Shown piece after piece: positions 49,438 to 61,351 of a stretch of 64,000 nucleotides of DNA; position 1 is the stretch's first letter; each line of letters opens with the position of its first letter. The position numbers and the translations under genes were made by a program. The stretch is from Camelus ferus (lineage: Eukaryota): assembly GCF_009834535.1 (NCBI RefSeq), contig NC_045716.1:22692001-22756000 (forward strand), read 5' to 3'. The notes beneath the pieces were generated by a model. The model searched no databases and was not told the DNA's origin. It worked only from the letters and a program-made list of their open reading frames with translations.

Positions 49438-49932
49438 TATGTGTATGGTGTGGTTTTGTTTGGTTTTGTTTTGTTTTGCAGCTGCCTCCCCTCCACCGGT
49501 TGATTTGTTGAGTGCTCTCTCATCTCTTCATGGAATGCTCCATTCTTCTCCACTTACCTGGCATCTTTCATCTCCTCTTTCCTAGTTGCTTCACTGCCTC
49601 TTCACAGGGCCTCTTCTTCCCTTGGGTGATTTGGGGGCCTATTTGGGTTGGGCATTTGTTCCTACCTCTACCCCAGGTAGCAGTTATGATTTGTTCCCTG
49701 TAATGATTTCCCTCAAGTGTTTTCTTTATTAGTATCCAAACATTCTGAGGCCTAGCCCAGGAGGTCCAACTCCTGACTTGTTCTGTGGTAGCGGGAGGAG
49801 GGTTGACGCTTGCTCTGTTGCCCCGGGAACCTCTCTTTCCCCCAGTATGCCTTCCAACTCTCTCCACAGATAGGTTCAATTCATGTCTGTGTGTCTCTCT
49901 CCCTTTTTTTTTATTCTCTTCTTCCCCTTTCC

Positions 49933-50120
49933 NNNNNNNNNNNNNNNNNNNNNNNNNNNNNNNNNNNNNNNNNNNNNNNNNNNNNNNNNNNNNNNNNNNN
50001 NNNNNNNNNNNNNNNNNNNNNNNNNNNNNNNNNNNNNNNNNNNNNNNNNNNNNNNNNNNNNNNNNNNNNNNNNNNNNNNNNNNNNNNNNNNNNNNNNNNN
50101 NNNNNNNNNNNNNNNNNNNN
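49933..50120 (+). other. TPM3: N-run inferred to hide TPM3 mutually exclusive exon 6b (76 nt)
   Basis: Long pyrimidine tract abuts the gap; second of two gaps between exons 5 and 7. Confidence 0.78.
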
Positions 50121-50688
50121 TATGTAATCCAGTGAGAAGTATCCACCTATCCTCTCTCCAGTTTCTGGGTTTAGTGCTAATTCCTGCACACTCTGATTGC
50201 TTCAGTTAAAATAACTTCCCGGTCTCAGGTGCCTGGGGTCATGTTCTCCTCAGGGTGATATGACTATGCTGACAGATGGGGGCAACCAGTAGTACCAGAT
50301 CTGAGACCTAATGAGCAATTGAGACAGATGACTTGTCTTTATCATCTTGTGGGACTGTTTCAGCCATGTGGCCTCGGGGTGTCACAACACCTGCTCATTA
50401 ACCAGGAGGCAGGAAAAATACCTCCTTGGGTTGATTTGAATAAGATCAAAGCTTAGGTCCATTTACAAAAGTAAAGGAGGACTCTTAATATGAGGGTATC
50501 AGGGTGCCAAGGACACTGATTTGTGGATTTTAAGGACTGTTGTCCTGAAATGGGCCTTGCTATTTCTCATGGATCATTCAGCACATTAAATCCAAGAGGA
50601 CATTCAATGTAAAAGTAAATGTAGGGAGGGGGGCATTCTCCGTGTGAGTCATTTCTATCCTGAAATGTGTGTTCTATTTCTCTTACAG

Positions 50689-50751
50689 TACTCTCAAAAA
50701 GAAGATAAATATGAGGAAGAGATAAAGATTCTTACTGATAAACTCAAGGAG
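50689..50751 (+). CDS. TPM3: TPM3 exon 7 (63 nt): YSQKEDKYEEEIKILTDKLKE
   Basis: Translation match; ttacag acceptor and gtaagc donor. Confidence 0.98.
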
Positions 50752-50932
50752 GTAAGCTGAGGGGATTTGAGGAAGGACCCACAACATTTAGAGGTTTATA
50801 AGGCATTAATGTAGACTTAGACTGGCTGGCTGTGGTTCTGCAAGGTGTAGAAGTAGAAGGTGAAAGAAATAAAGATGCTTCTCTAATTGTCTTACTCATC
50901 TCAGATTCTGACTGGTTTCATATTTCCCCTAG

Positions 50933-51002
50933 GCAGAGACCCGTGCTGAGTTTGCTGAGAGATCGGTAGCCAAGCTGGAAAAGACAATTGATGATTTGGA
51001 AG
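50933..51002 (+). CDS. TPM3: TPM3 exon 8 (70 nt): [23 protein letters not shown]
   Basis: Translation match; cctag acceptor and gtacgg donor. Confidence 0.98.
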
Positions 51003-52006
51003 GTACGGAGCCTGGGAGAGGGATTAAAATAAATATAGAGGAAGACCTTGCCCATTGACCGTTATCCTCTTTCCCTGTACACCAAAGGGAGTTGGTAGAG
51101 CTTTGGCATGCATCCTATGCCCTGTCCTGTGCCACAGCTGGGTGAAGTGGGTCAAACCCTGGAACTGGATTTTTATGTTTAATCCTTTCCCTGAATAATA
51201 AGACTTTACCTAACATTCTGGAATTTGCATCCTTCCCTTGGAGGAGACTGATAATGGCACACACCTCCAGTTTTGTAGTCCTAACTCTTTAGTATCTGGG
51301 TTGAAATGGTAGCCATATTTTCAGAAGGCAACAAGAATGTGTCTTGTGTCATCCCATGGCTACTTTTGGCAATCCTATTCACCACTCAAATTGTGGGGGA
51401 CCTCACCAAGAGACACAGCTGTGGAATAACCATTTCTCAGAGCTGACCATTGCCAGGGGCTTTCTGGATACTTCTGGTCCCCACAGTTTGGCAGCTGCAT
51501 CCACCTGATCGAAGGAGAATGTACTTGCTCTGAGAACTCTGAGAACTCTGAGATATGCTCTTTTGGTAGGCTCTGGGTAGCAGGATGTTCTTTCTTTGGG
51601 GAAGTTTGGGGAGGCAACTTGTAGAGCAATGGGGCCAAGAATATTGGTCACGCTTGGTAGGTGGAGAAGTGTCTGAATGTTGTGTATTTTCTCCTTTTTC
51701 TATTTTTGTTAAATTCAGTGTGATCACTGCTAGGAATTGGGTTAACTGGGTGGGAGTGGTATCCTCTTAAGTGCCTTTGGTAATAGGAATTTCTAGTCAT
51801 GACTGTGCCCAGGTTCTCAACCAGGCTGCAATTGATGAGAGATGTCAGGAAGTCCAATTGGTCCTGGGGATAGTGGATCTGAAAATGTCCAGTCATGGCT
51901 GTCAGGATAGATATTCTCCTAACTGTGGGATTAGACCCATGGTCACACTTTCCCTAATTTCTAATGATTCCCTCTCTTCATCTGCTTCTGATATCTTTCA
52001 CTCTGT

Positions 52007-52146
52007 NNNNNNNNNNNNNNNNNNNNNNNNNNNNNNNNNNNNNNNNNNNNNNNNNNNNNNNNNNNNNNNNNNNNNNNNNNNNNNNNNNNNNNNNNNNNNN
52101 NNNNNNNNNNNNNNNNNNNNNNNNNNNNNNNNNNNNNNNNNNNNNN
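52007..52146 (+). other. TPM3: N-run inferred to hide TPM3 exon 9a (~79 nt, striated-muscle C-terminus)
   Basis: Pyrimidine tract abuts the gap; exon 9b (A+TAA) lies downstream and needs 9a. Confidence 0.82.
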
Positions 52147-52865
52147 GGCTGGGACCTTGGCTTGTGGGTGGGTGGGGGTACAGGCTGTGCATAGCGTGCT
52201 TTGGTTTTGTCTTCTGGAAACTAGATTCTCCACTCTTATATTTAAAACATTGGTGCTGGTTACTTGTTGGCAAAAGCTGGGGAAGCATTTAATCCTGGAT
52301 CATTGGTACATTACTGATCTATGTAATTCTTACACTTTTTATTCATAATCCCTTCATTATGACACCAGTATTTTTCTATTTGTGTCTTAAATTTGGTCTT
52401 CTCAAAAGGGATACTGCTGAAGGTAGAATCATGTCATCATACAGTTAAGGAACTAGGGCCCAGAGAGCCAGTGACTTGGGCCCTCACGTTGCACAGCAAA
52501 ATTCAGACCTCCTGGGTGTGTATGATTTGTGCCCTGATATTAAAGTTCAGGGGAAACACCCATGATTGGAAGTACCAAATTCACCTAAAAATCGAGCTGA
52601 GTCCCAGAACAAGCCAGGTAGTAAAAAGCACCAAAAAGAGTTGTTGGGGACTTCATCTGTTTGCTGTGAATCCCTGATCCTTGATGCTAATCTGCCTCTT
52701 TCCCACTAACCCTGAAAACAAGCCAAGGGACCCAGGCTGTAGTGTCTGGCTCTCTTTTCTCATTCCTACTGCTGCCTCTTCCTTCTTCTCCTCATCCTTT
52801 CCCAAACTGCTGTCCAGGTTGATGCTAGTCCTTCTCACCTAGAGTCTCCTTACTTTTTCATACAG

Positions 52866-53043
52866 ATAACTATCACCGTTTCTGCTCTGTTCTGGATCTG
52901 CCCCCTTTCCTCGGGGAACCCAACGCCCCACTCTCGCTCTGGATTCCATTTGGGTCAGCCTGGCTGGTCCCCAAGGCATTAGGATGAGCGGGGGGCCACA
53001 AAGCAACTTATGTATTCTCTTCTACCCCTCACCCCAAATTAAA
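52866..53043 (+). other. TPM3: TPM3 exon 9b (last base of Ile codon, TAA 52867-52869, then 3'UTR; ATTAAA 53038-53043)
   Basis: tacag|A TAA ctatcaccgtttctgctctgttctggatctg matches the recalled muscle TPM3 3'UTR. Confidence 0.88.
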
Positions 53044-54478
53044 ATGTTAAGCTGCTGGAAGCCTCATGCCACCCTGCATTTGTGTCATTGACAAAGCTGC
53101 TGCTGTCCCTAAGAAGGAGCCTTGGGGGTATGGTGTGGGGAGCAACTATTGTAGGCTCTCCTTCCTCTGACTTACATAATCAAAGCCACTTTTGTGTGTG
53201 TCTATTTTTTTCTTGACATTTAAATTCAACTGATTGAGTCTATCAGAGTGGTGGACTAGCAGAGGTCTCTTAGAATAGGAGCTCGAGCCTTGTACTCAAG
53301 CTGAATGAGATCATCGACCTTTACTACCAGGTTCTTAAATCATCCCGCCTGGAATGTTTCAGTCTTCTCTTCAAGTTCTCCTCCTTTGAGAGACCATTGA
53401 AATGTCTCCCAGTACATAATTGTTTACCTTTTACCAGAGGTTCAAATGGTGCATCCGCAGAGTACCCAGTGGACCCAAATATATTACCACAAAACTGAGT
53501 AATTATCCCAAGTCAAAGAAGAATACATAATAGGTAAAATTTTCAACAGTTTAATGTTTTCTTTAAGCCCTTCTTGCATATTTGAGGCTTACTACCATTT
53601 GCCTGCTAGTATGTGCTAGCGGGATGTAAGACAAGTGGTAAATGATTGTTATTGGAAAAACTAAAAACAACCCGTCATGTATATTTCAAATAATGTGCAC
53701 AGGGTAGTAATTTATTACGTGCATAAATATGATAAATTGTTGCTAGTAAAATTGTTCCTAGTTTATATTATGGAATTACATACTGACTTTTTGGAAATCC
53801 TATTCTAATTTATGTACAGAGATGGTTTCATCTGGATAGGATAGTCATTGGTTGTACTTTTTTCAGCACCTAAGTGTTGATCACTTAGTACTTTAGTTTC
53901 TCATCAGGGTATATATTTAAAACTTGCCTTTCTTTTAAACAGATACAGCCAGGTAAAGAGAATTTCCCTAATTTAAAACTTTGGGTCTCATTGAATTCAG
54001 GTTTCTTTCTGTCCATACTGTTTCTTTTTGCCACACAACCTTTACGATTAAGGTAGATTAAGGTACAGGTTAAGTCATTATTAATTTAGGCTCAGGGTAT
54101 TAAGGTGGAGACAGAAACAATCAAAGCTCGAGGTACCATCCCTACTCTCAGATTGCTCCAAATCTAGAAGAGAGAATGTATATTTAAAACTAAAGATGAA
54201 GTGTGATAAGTACTCCAAATAATAAAGTGTTGTGGGAGTTTGGTGGGGGAAAAGATTGATTGCAGTGGAGATGATTAGAAAAGTCTCATGGAAGGAGGCA
54301 CAAAATAGGTACTTAATAAACATGTTAAAATTTGCCTCTTCATTTTTTTTATTGGGTTCCAAAAGATTGAAAATTACTTTTTTTCATGATAATTCAGTAG
54401 TAACATGTCTCCTCATTTTATTTATTTTATATATTTTTTTTTAGTTTAATTTTTTGTTTGTTTATTTATTGAAAAATA

Positions 54479-54560
54479 GGAGTGGGTACAGCTCAGCGGT
54501 AGAGCAGACGCTTAGCATGCATGAGGTCCTGGGTTCAATCCACAGTACCTCCATTAAACA
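54479..54560 (+). mobile_element. Vic-1-type SINE
   Basis: gggtacagctcagcggtagagc...gaggtcctgggttcaatccacagtacctcc. Confidence 0.85.
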
Positions 54561-54701
54561 ATTTTTTTTAATTACTGAAAAATAGTCGATTTACATGTTG
54601 TATTAATTTCTGGTGTACAGCATAGTACTCAGATATATATATATATATTCCAAAAGATTAGACTTTTTTTAGTCTCTTTAAAAAATTTTTTTTAATTTAT
54701 C

Positions 54702-54782
54702 TTTTGTTGGTGCGGGTGGGGAGATAATTAGGTTTATTTATTTCTAGAGGAGGTACTGGGGATTGAACCCAGAACCTTGTGC
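54702..54782 (-). mobile_element. Vic-1-type SINE, 3' half only
   Basis: taattaggtttatttatttctagaggaggtactggggattgaacccagaacc. Confidence 0.8.
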
Positions 54783-55156
54783 AAAGATTGGATTTTTGAC
54801 AAGCAGAGTCTGGTTGAGCAAAGTAGATATTGAGCATTTTGGTCGAAGAGAAGCAAAAATAAAGGTGTAGAGAGGGCAATAGGTATAAAGGTCCTTTAGA
54901 TACAGTAGGGAACAGGTATGTGCTGTAATCTGGCTAGGGGGAGTTTTAATTTTATTTTATAGATAATGGGATGTCACTAGAGATTTTTAACAAGGATATG
55001 TCCTGGGTTGCATGTAAGAAGAGTTAATTTGGCAGCTAAGTTAAGAATATATTGGAAGAAGGTACAAACTGTTGGGTGTAAGATATGCTTAAGGATGTAT
55101 TGTACAACATAGGAAATAGAGCCACTATTTTATAATAACTGTAAATGGAAAGTAAT

Positions 55157-55291
55157 TTTTTTTTGTAGGGGTAGGTAATCAGATTTGTTTGTTTGTTTAT
55201 TTGTTTATTTTAAATGTTGGTACTGGGGTTTGAACGCAGGACCTCATGCAAGCTAGGCACACACTCTACCATTGAGCTATACCTTCTCCCC
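55157..55291 (-). mobile_element. Vic-1-type SINE
   Basis: ggtactggggtttgaacgcaggacctcatgcaagctaggcacacactctaccattgagctataccttctcccc. Confidence 0.85.
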
Positions 55292-55580
55292 AGAAAGTAA
55301 TTTTTTAATTGTATAAAAATTTTAAAAATAAAGAAGAATATATTGGAAAGGGGGAGCAGGTTATCAAAATGATCCATTAAGATGGTGATTACCAAAATTT
55401 CATTCATTTGCATACCGCTTTTGATAGCTTTTGCCATATTTACATACTGCCTATGTTATTATTTTTTAATTTACTCATTTTCCAATTTGTTTTATTCTTA
55501 CTCTGCACAATTCTAATTTGAATCAAAGATTTTGATGTGCTAGGGTTTCCTAATGCACATTAAAATAACATAGCTAATAC

Positions 55581-55702
55581 TTTTGGGGGGGGGTTAGGTT
55601 TATTTATTTATTTATAGACAGATAATGGAGGTAGTGGGGATTGAACCCAGGACCTCGTACATGCTAAATAAGCGCACTCTACCACTGAGCTACACGATCC
55701 TC
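55581..55702 (-). mobile_element. Vic-1-type SINE
   Basis: ggggattgaacccaggacctcgtacatgctaaataagcgcactctaccactgagctacac. Confidence 0.85.
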
Positions 55703-56429
55703 TGCTAATACTTTTTTTAAAGTTCACAAATGTTTACCGAAATCTTGCATATCACTAGCAGTGACTATACCACATTTTGGGAAAAACTGGATTTGCAGTT
55801 TTCCCAGAGATAATAATCTGAACTAGAGTAGCGGTAGTAGGGGATGGCGCTGAACATGAGCATTTTGCATGGCCTGGCCACTGAATGCAAGGAGGAAATC
55901 AAGCCTAGGTAAATGGTGGTTTTAAAGGTGTAGGGAGACCACGTGGTCCTGGTTTGATGATGCAAGGGAAAGCAGAGAAGAATATAAGTCTGAAAAACTG
56001 GCAGGTATCCAGATGAAAACCAAATCCTAGGACTTGAGAGGGAGAGACTGATGTAAGAGAGATTTGGGAGTCCATGAGGGTGACAAGCAGTTTAGGCCAT
56101 GGAAATAAAATCGAACCCTAAAAGATAATTATAAATGTAAAAAGAAAAACTGAGTAAAGAGGAAAATCTGTGTAGAAGAGGAAGCCCAGTGGAACTGGTT
56201 AGAGGCATAAAGGGAGAAGGAGTAGCTTTGGTACTTCAAAAACTTCAGTGCTGGATGGTTTCCAGTGATTCTCAACTTCAACAGGTAGAGAAGGAAGATA
56301 ACTGAAGATAGGATGTTATCATTGATGTTTTATTAATTTGAGGGTAAATTTTGAGCATTAAGGACAAGGAGAGGAACAGAAGAGTGAATTGGTGGAAAGA
56401 AAATAAAGGCATGAAGTACAGCCTAGACT

Positions 56430-56612
56430 AATGGTGTCCAACAGAATTTTTGGCAAGAATTTCCATATGGTTGCCACTAGCCACATGTGACTGTTGAACA
56501 CTCAATGTGGCTAATGTGACCGAGGAGCTAAATTCTAACTTTATTTGCTTTTTGTTCATCTAAATTTAATTAGCCACATGTGGCTAGTGGCTACTGCATT
56601 GAGTATTACAAT
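56430..56612. mobile_element. MER3/MER33-like DNA transposon
   Basis: gtccaacagaa...gccactagccacatgtgactgttgaacact..aatgtggctaatgtgaccgagg...agccacatgtggctagtggctact. Confidence 0.72.
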
Positions 56613-56845
56613 TGTAGATGTTTTAGTATTTAGGCAGAAGGAGTTGACTTTGGCACAGAGGAAGGTTCCTTACAAAGGAAAGAAGTAAGAGAGAATGAAG
56701 AGAGATTAGAAGAAAAGCGAGGTGTAATATTTTGTAGCTCCTGTCTTTCCCGATGGGCATGTCTGGTGTAAGCAAGGATAGAGACCAACAAGCTAGGAAG
56801 CAGAGGGAAATTTGAAATACTGTGCCATAATAAATTCACTCTTTT

Positions 56846-56934
56846 GGGGCAGGGTAGTGCCTCAGTGGTAGAGTGTGCTTAACATGCATGAGGTCCTGGG
56901 TTTAATCCCCAGTACCTCCATTAAAAAAAATAAA
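56846..56934 (+). mobile_element. Vic-1-type SINE with ~16-bp TSD ataaattcact(c/a)tttt (56830-56845 / 56935-56950)
   Basis: A/B-box-like head, A-tail and flanking direct repeat. Confidence 0.86.
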
Positions 56935-58024
56935 ATAAATTCACTATTTTGTTTAATGTTCTGTATCCTTATAGAAACTATCCTGTTACTTGTGCCTGGG
57001 CTAGCTAAGGGAATGGGATCAAGCATCATTGGCAATCGCAAAGCAAAATGCTTGACCTCTTAATTTTCTCCCCTCATCTTAATTTCTTAGAAAGAGTTGC
57101 AGGCTGATGTGCTGGAGTCCATTCTTCCTTTCCTCATTACCATTGTTAGGATGAGGGAAAAAACAAAACGTGGCTGGACCCCAACTTACATAATGAATGG
57201 GTGTAACTAACTGTCCTATTAATGTTGGGCAACCTTGTCGTAGCCCCACCCAGTGTCTTGCATTCATGTGGTATTGGTTGAATACTCCCCGGCCTTAATA
57301 TTAGGGAAATTAAAAAAAAAAAATCTGTTCTACCTCATTCCTTGAACTTTGTGGCTTTAAAGCTGGTATAGTTCCCTTTGCTCCAAGTACACCCTCCCTT
57401 TTCCTGTTACAGAATGAAATTGACCTGATTCAGACCAAGGAACCCTAAGGATGTATAGCATCCATGGGATTGTTCCCTAAAAGGAACATCAGACCAAATG
57501 GATTCTCTGGCTTGCTTTTTTTGTTTTGTTTTGTTTGCTGTTATCAGGGAATCAAGAACTTGAGTGAACTATTATCTGATCTTGAATTTTCGGTCATTAG
57601 AGATATCAGAGTTAGAAACCTTTTTCTTATTACTAAATTCAAAGTGAGAGAACAACTGCGTTTACCTTTCTGACTTCATGCAGTTCTTAAGGAACCATAT
57701 GTTCCAGGGTATAATCAGGCAATAAAATGCTCCCACTTCTTCTCTATCTCTTTATTTCTTCCCTAAGTGGAACAAAAACCTCATTGACCAGGCTGTTTTG
57801 AGGGATAAGATCCTGATAACACCCAAGACAGAAGTGGGAACTACACTAACTTAGGTATAGATGCTATGGAAGAGTCAGGGTGCATGTGGACTCTATATGT
57901 GATACACTCCCAAAAGTTTAAGTAACAAGAGTTAACACAATTTGAACCCCTACTATTTGTCAGGGGTACCCCAGTGAATAAGACAGGTCCAATCCCAGGC
58001 CTCATGGACTAGTACAGACTAGTA

Positions 58025-58230
58025 TAGTGTTTCTCAATGGTGGACTTTTGTGTTTTAGGCCAGGATAATTCTGGGATGTACCGAACAGTCCTATTTACTG
58101 CTGTCCCTTGTCCAGTAAATATCTGTAGGGCCCTCTAGTTACCGTGACAGTTAAAACCTGCCCCCCCCTCCAAATTCCCCTCTACAAGGAGGGGCGGGGC
58201 ACTATTCCTGGTATTGAGAACCATTTGTTT
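58025..58230 (-). mobile_element. MER20-like DNA transposon
   Basis: gtgtttctcaa...gccaggataattct...gtgacagttaaaa...attgagaacca. Confidence 0.55.
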
Positions 58231-58619
58231 AGTGGGAAGTGCAGTTTTAAAAATTGGCTCCAGTTCTTCTCCTTAATACACCTATTACGTTTGGTTATTC
58301 CTCCCCTAGGATCTTCCTCAACCTAGAAGGCAAGGTGCCTGAGCATTGCCCACAGTCAGCCCACAGATGCAGTTGATTTTAAGGCAGGAAAGTCTTTTTC
58401 ATATTGAGGTCCCGAGACCATTTTGAAACAGACTGTAAAACATAGAAAGAAACTTGTTTATGAACACCAGAGGCTGACATTAGGAATAGACCAGGAAGAT
58501 CAAATTTCCACACCGCTGTGTTGGTCAGATGGATTTAGATTCTCTGTACCCACTTTTTTTTAATTCAAAAAAGTTTTCTTTCCTTGTGATAGGAACTCTT
58601 AGGATTGACTCCCTTAACT

Positions 58620-58866
58620 TCCATATATAACATACAGCAGTGTTAATTATACTTACGTTGTACAGTACATCCCTAGTACTTCTTTATAACTGGAAGTTTG
58701 TACCGTTTGACCACCTTCATCCAATCCTCCCTCCCCCACCCCCACCTCTGTAACCACAAATTCTATGAGTTTGTTTGTTTTTTGAAATATAATTGACCCA
58801 CAACACTATGTTCCTGGTGCACAATATAGTGATTCAGTATTTCTGTATGTTACAAAACGATCACCA
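58620..58866 (-). mobile_element. L1MA9-like 3' end, antisense
   Basis: acatacagcagtgttaatta...tttataactggaagtttgtaccgtttgaccaccttcatccaa. Confidence 0.65.
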
Positions 58867-59019
58867 GTCTCTACCTGCTCTTTAAGATGTACTTTAAGTA
58901 GAAAATCCAGATAAAGCCAGGGGATCTGAGCACTTAAGTAGTTATATCAGGGATTCATTCAGTTATGAGGAACAGCTTAATAGGAGTTTAAATAAATATG
59001 GTATTTATTTTTCTCTCAT

Positions 59020-59250
59020 AATAAAAAGTCTAGATTTGAGCAACTGTGGTTTGATATAGTTGGGGTTTCTGTGATTCTCCTGGACCTTTCTTTTAAGGTT
59101 GAAATTTGCAACTCTAGTCATCACATCCATGTTCAAGGCAGGAAGGAAAGCTAATTTTCCCAGAACCTCCAACACACTACCCTCTACATGTCACTGGCCA
59201 GAATTTAATCACATGGTCACCCCTAGCTGCCAGGGAGGCTGGAAAAACAG
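59020..59250. mobile_element. MLT1 (MaLR) LTR fragment
   Basis: catcacatccatgttcaaggcaggaagg...tcactggccagaatttaatcacatggtcacccctagctgccagggaggctggaaaa. Confidence 0.62.
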
Positions 59251-59893
59251 GATAATCTTGATTGGCTTGTACCAGTAATTCACCTTCCTGGGACTAATGG
59301 CTACACTAATGGCTCTAACAGGTTTTAGCTTCTTTTGGAAAATGCAAAGTTGGATTTTGACTGACTAGGCCATTATGATGGGTCTATCACTCACCCAACA
59401 CCTAGAACAAGAAGCATCAGAAAGCGTAGGATTGAGTGGATGTGTTTATCCCAGTCTCCCATTTGTAATGCTCTATTGAACGCTTTTGCAGAAAAATGTT
59501 CAACCATTCACTTCGATTCCTTACAAACCTTGATTATTGTAAATGTATTTCTGATAAGCCAACTGTATTCCTTCCTTTGTCCTGTTTCACTTGTCTCAGT
59601 TTTTCAATCCAGGGAATAAACACTGTGAAGGAGATATTTTTCTCCCTCAAAAGGTCATCCTATCAGCTTGTCAGTCTGAATTTATTTTATTCCTCAGTTG
59701 GTCTTTTCCACCAACTGACTGACTCTTACTGCCCTCTGTCTGAATCCTCCTTGCAGCCGTCCGGCCTTACAGATGCATGTTATATATACCAGGTCTCAAA
59801 ATTTACTTCTGGTACTCTACTAACCTTCCCTTTTTCTCTTTCTCCTCCTCTTCTTCCTTTCCTCCTCTTGTTTTCTCTCCTTTGCTGCTGCAG

Positions 59894-59973
59894 AGCGTCT
59901 CTACAGCCAACTTGAGCGAAACCGCCTGCTTTCTTATGAGCTGAAGCTAACGCTGCATGATCTGTGTGACTGA
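59894..59973 (+). CDS. TPM3: TPM3 alternative terminal exon 9c: ERLYSQLERNRLLSYELKLTLHDLCD*; ATTAAA 59996, AATAAA 60327
   Basis: ctgcag acceptor; phase 1 from exon 8; matches recalled 9c peptide except one residue. Confidence 0.95.
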
Positions 59974-61268
59974 TGGGCAGGGCTCACTGATGCCCATTAA
60001 ACCCAGCTTAAGGCTCACACCGCTGACCTGGACCCCAGCAAAAAGCTGATTGTCTTTTTAAAAGTTACTATTTGGCCCTAAGCAAATTGCTCTTTAATTG
60101 GGACAGTTAGAATAGTGTTGACTTCCTAATTGCATTGTTAAGTGGGAACAGTTAATATTAATACTGCATTTCTCCCTTTTTAAGAGATTATGGGTGATGA
60201 AGGGAGGGGCCTGAGAGATTATAGTGTGAAAACCTGGGAGAGTTTTCTGTTTTCCACCCTGATTTGCTGCTCTTTCACTTGTGCACTGACTGTAGGATAT
60301 GTTCCCTTGCATGGATGTTTTCTAACAATAAAAGGACTGACTTGACAAGATGTCGTAACTGCTTCATCTACAGGCCCAGGGATGGGTCGTTCTGACTGGG
60401 TAGAATACAAGGGAAGGGAAAGAAAACGGTGTGGGATATGAATAGGTCTGTGTTGCCCTCCCCATCTGTGAGTTGAAGAGTATTTTCCCCACCTCCCCCA
60501 GAGCACTGTGAGTGGTTTGCTTGCTGGGCAGATTAACTTCTCCTTGATGTTCAGCTGCTGGTTTTCTTCCTGACATTTCCCCCCACTTGCTTCTCTTTCC
60601 TGGTTTTATGTTTAATTCTAAGTAACTGTGTCACAGGCAAGTTCTGATGAATAGCTCTGCAGAAATCTCACTTAAAAGGTTTTGCTTACAGGTATATGTT
60701 TTGTAGTATTCTTGGCTTCGTTTTCTTTAGAGAGTCTTTGACTTAGCCATGGGGTTCTTTTATTTACCCCACTAGTTATTCTTTACCTTTCTACTTTGGG
60801 GGGAAGGCCTGTAGTGCATGGAGGATCCTCCTGTACTCTCTTCAAGTTGAGATTCTGATGTTTCTACTGGTGGAAATAAGCCCATCCTGTTCTCAATGTG
60901 TCAAACTCCAGTGAGCCATTTCAAGTAGGTGTTATCCTGTGGGCAAAGACTAGAAAGAATGGATGGCTGATGTTTAAGGCCACCTCCTTAAGTGGCCAAA
61001 AGCTGAAAGCCTCGGCTGGGTGTGGGAAGGAGAGGAAATGACTGATAAGGTCCCCCACTCCCTCCCCCAGAAGTACAGCAACACCTGCAACTTCGGTAGC
61101 AAGCCCGAGGCCCTGCAAAAGCGAGTGATGCAACAGCTCACTTCTGTGGCTGAGAAGGCAGCTATTCTATCAGTCTGCAGTTTCCCTGCAAAAGGAGCTA
61201 TTCTCAGAGTGGGTAGACCTTGAAATTTGCTTCTAGTTTTTATAACGTCTCTCCTTTACCCCCACTAG

Positions 61269-61351
61269 ATAAGCTGAAATGCACCAAAGAGGAGCACCTC
61301 TGTACACAAAGGATGCTGGACCAGACTCTGCTTGACCTGAATGAGATGTAG
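61269..61351 (+). CDS. TPM3: TPM3 terminal exon 9d: DKLKCTKEEHLCTQRMLDQTLLDLNEM*
   Basis: actag acceptor; matches the Tpm3.1 C-terminus; TAG at 61349-61351. Confidence 0.98.

Noticed and set aside
51528-51554. 3 x 9-bp repeat ctctgagaa
   Set aside because: Ordinary slippage repeat; it does not form an inverted nGAAn heat-shock element
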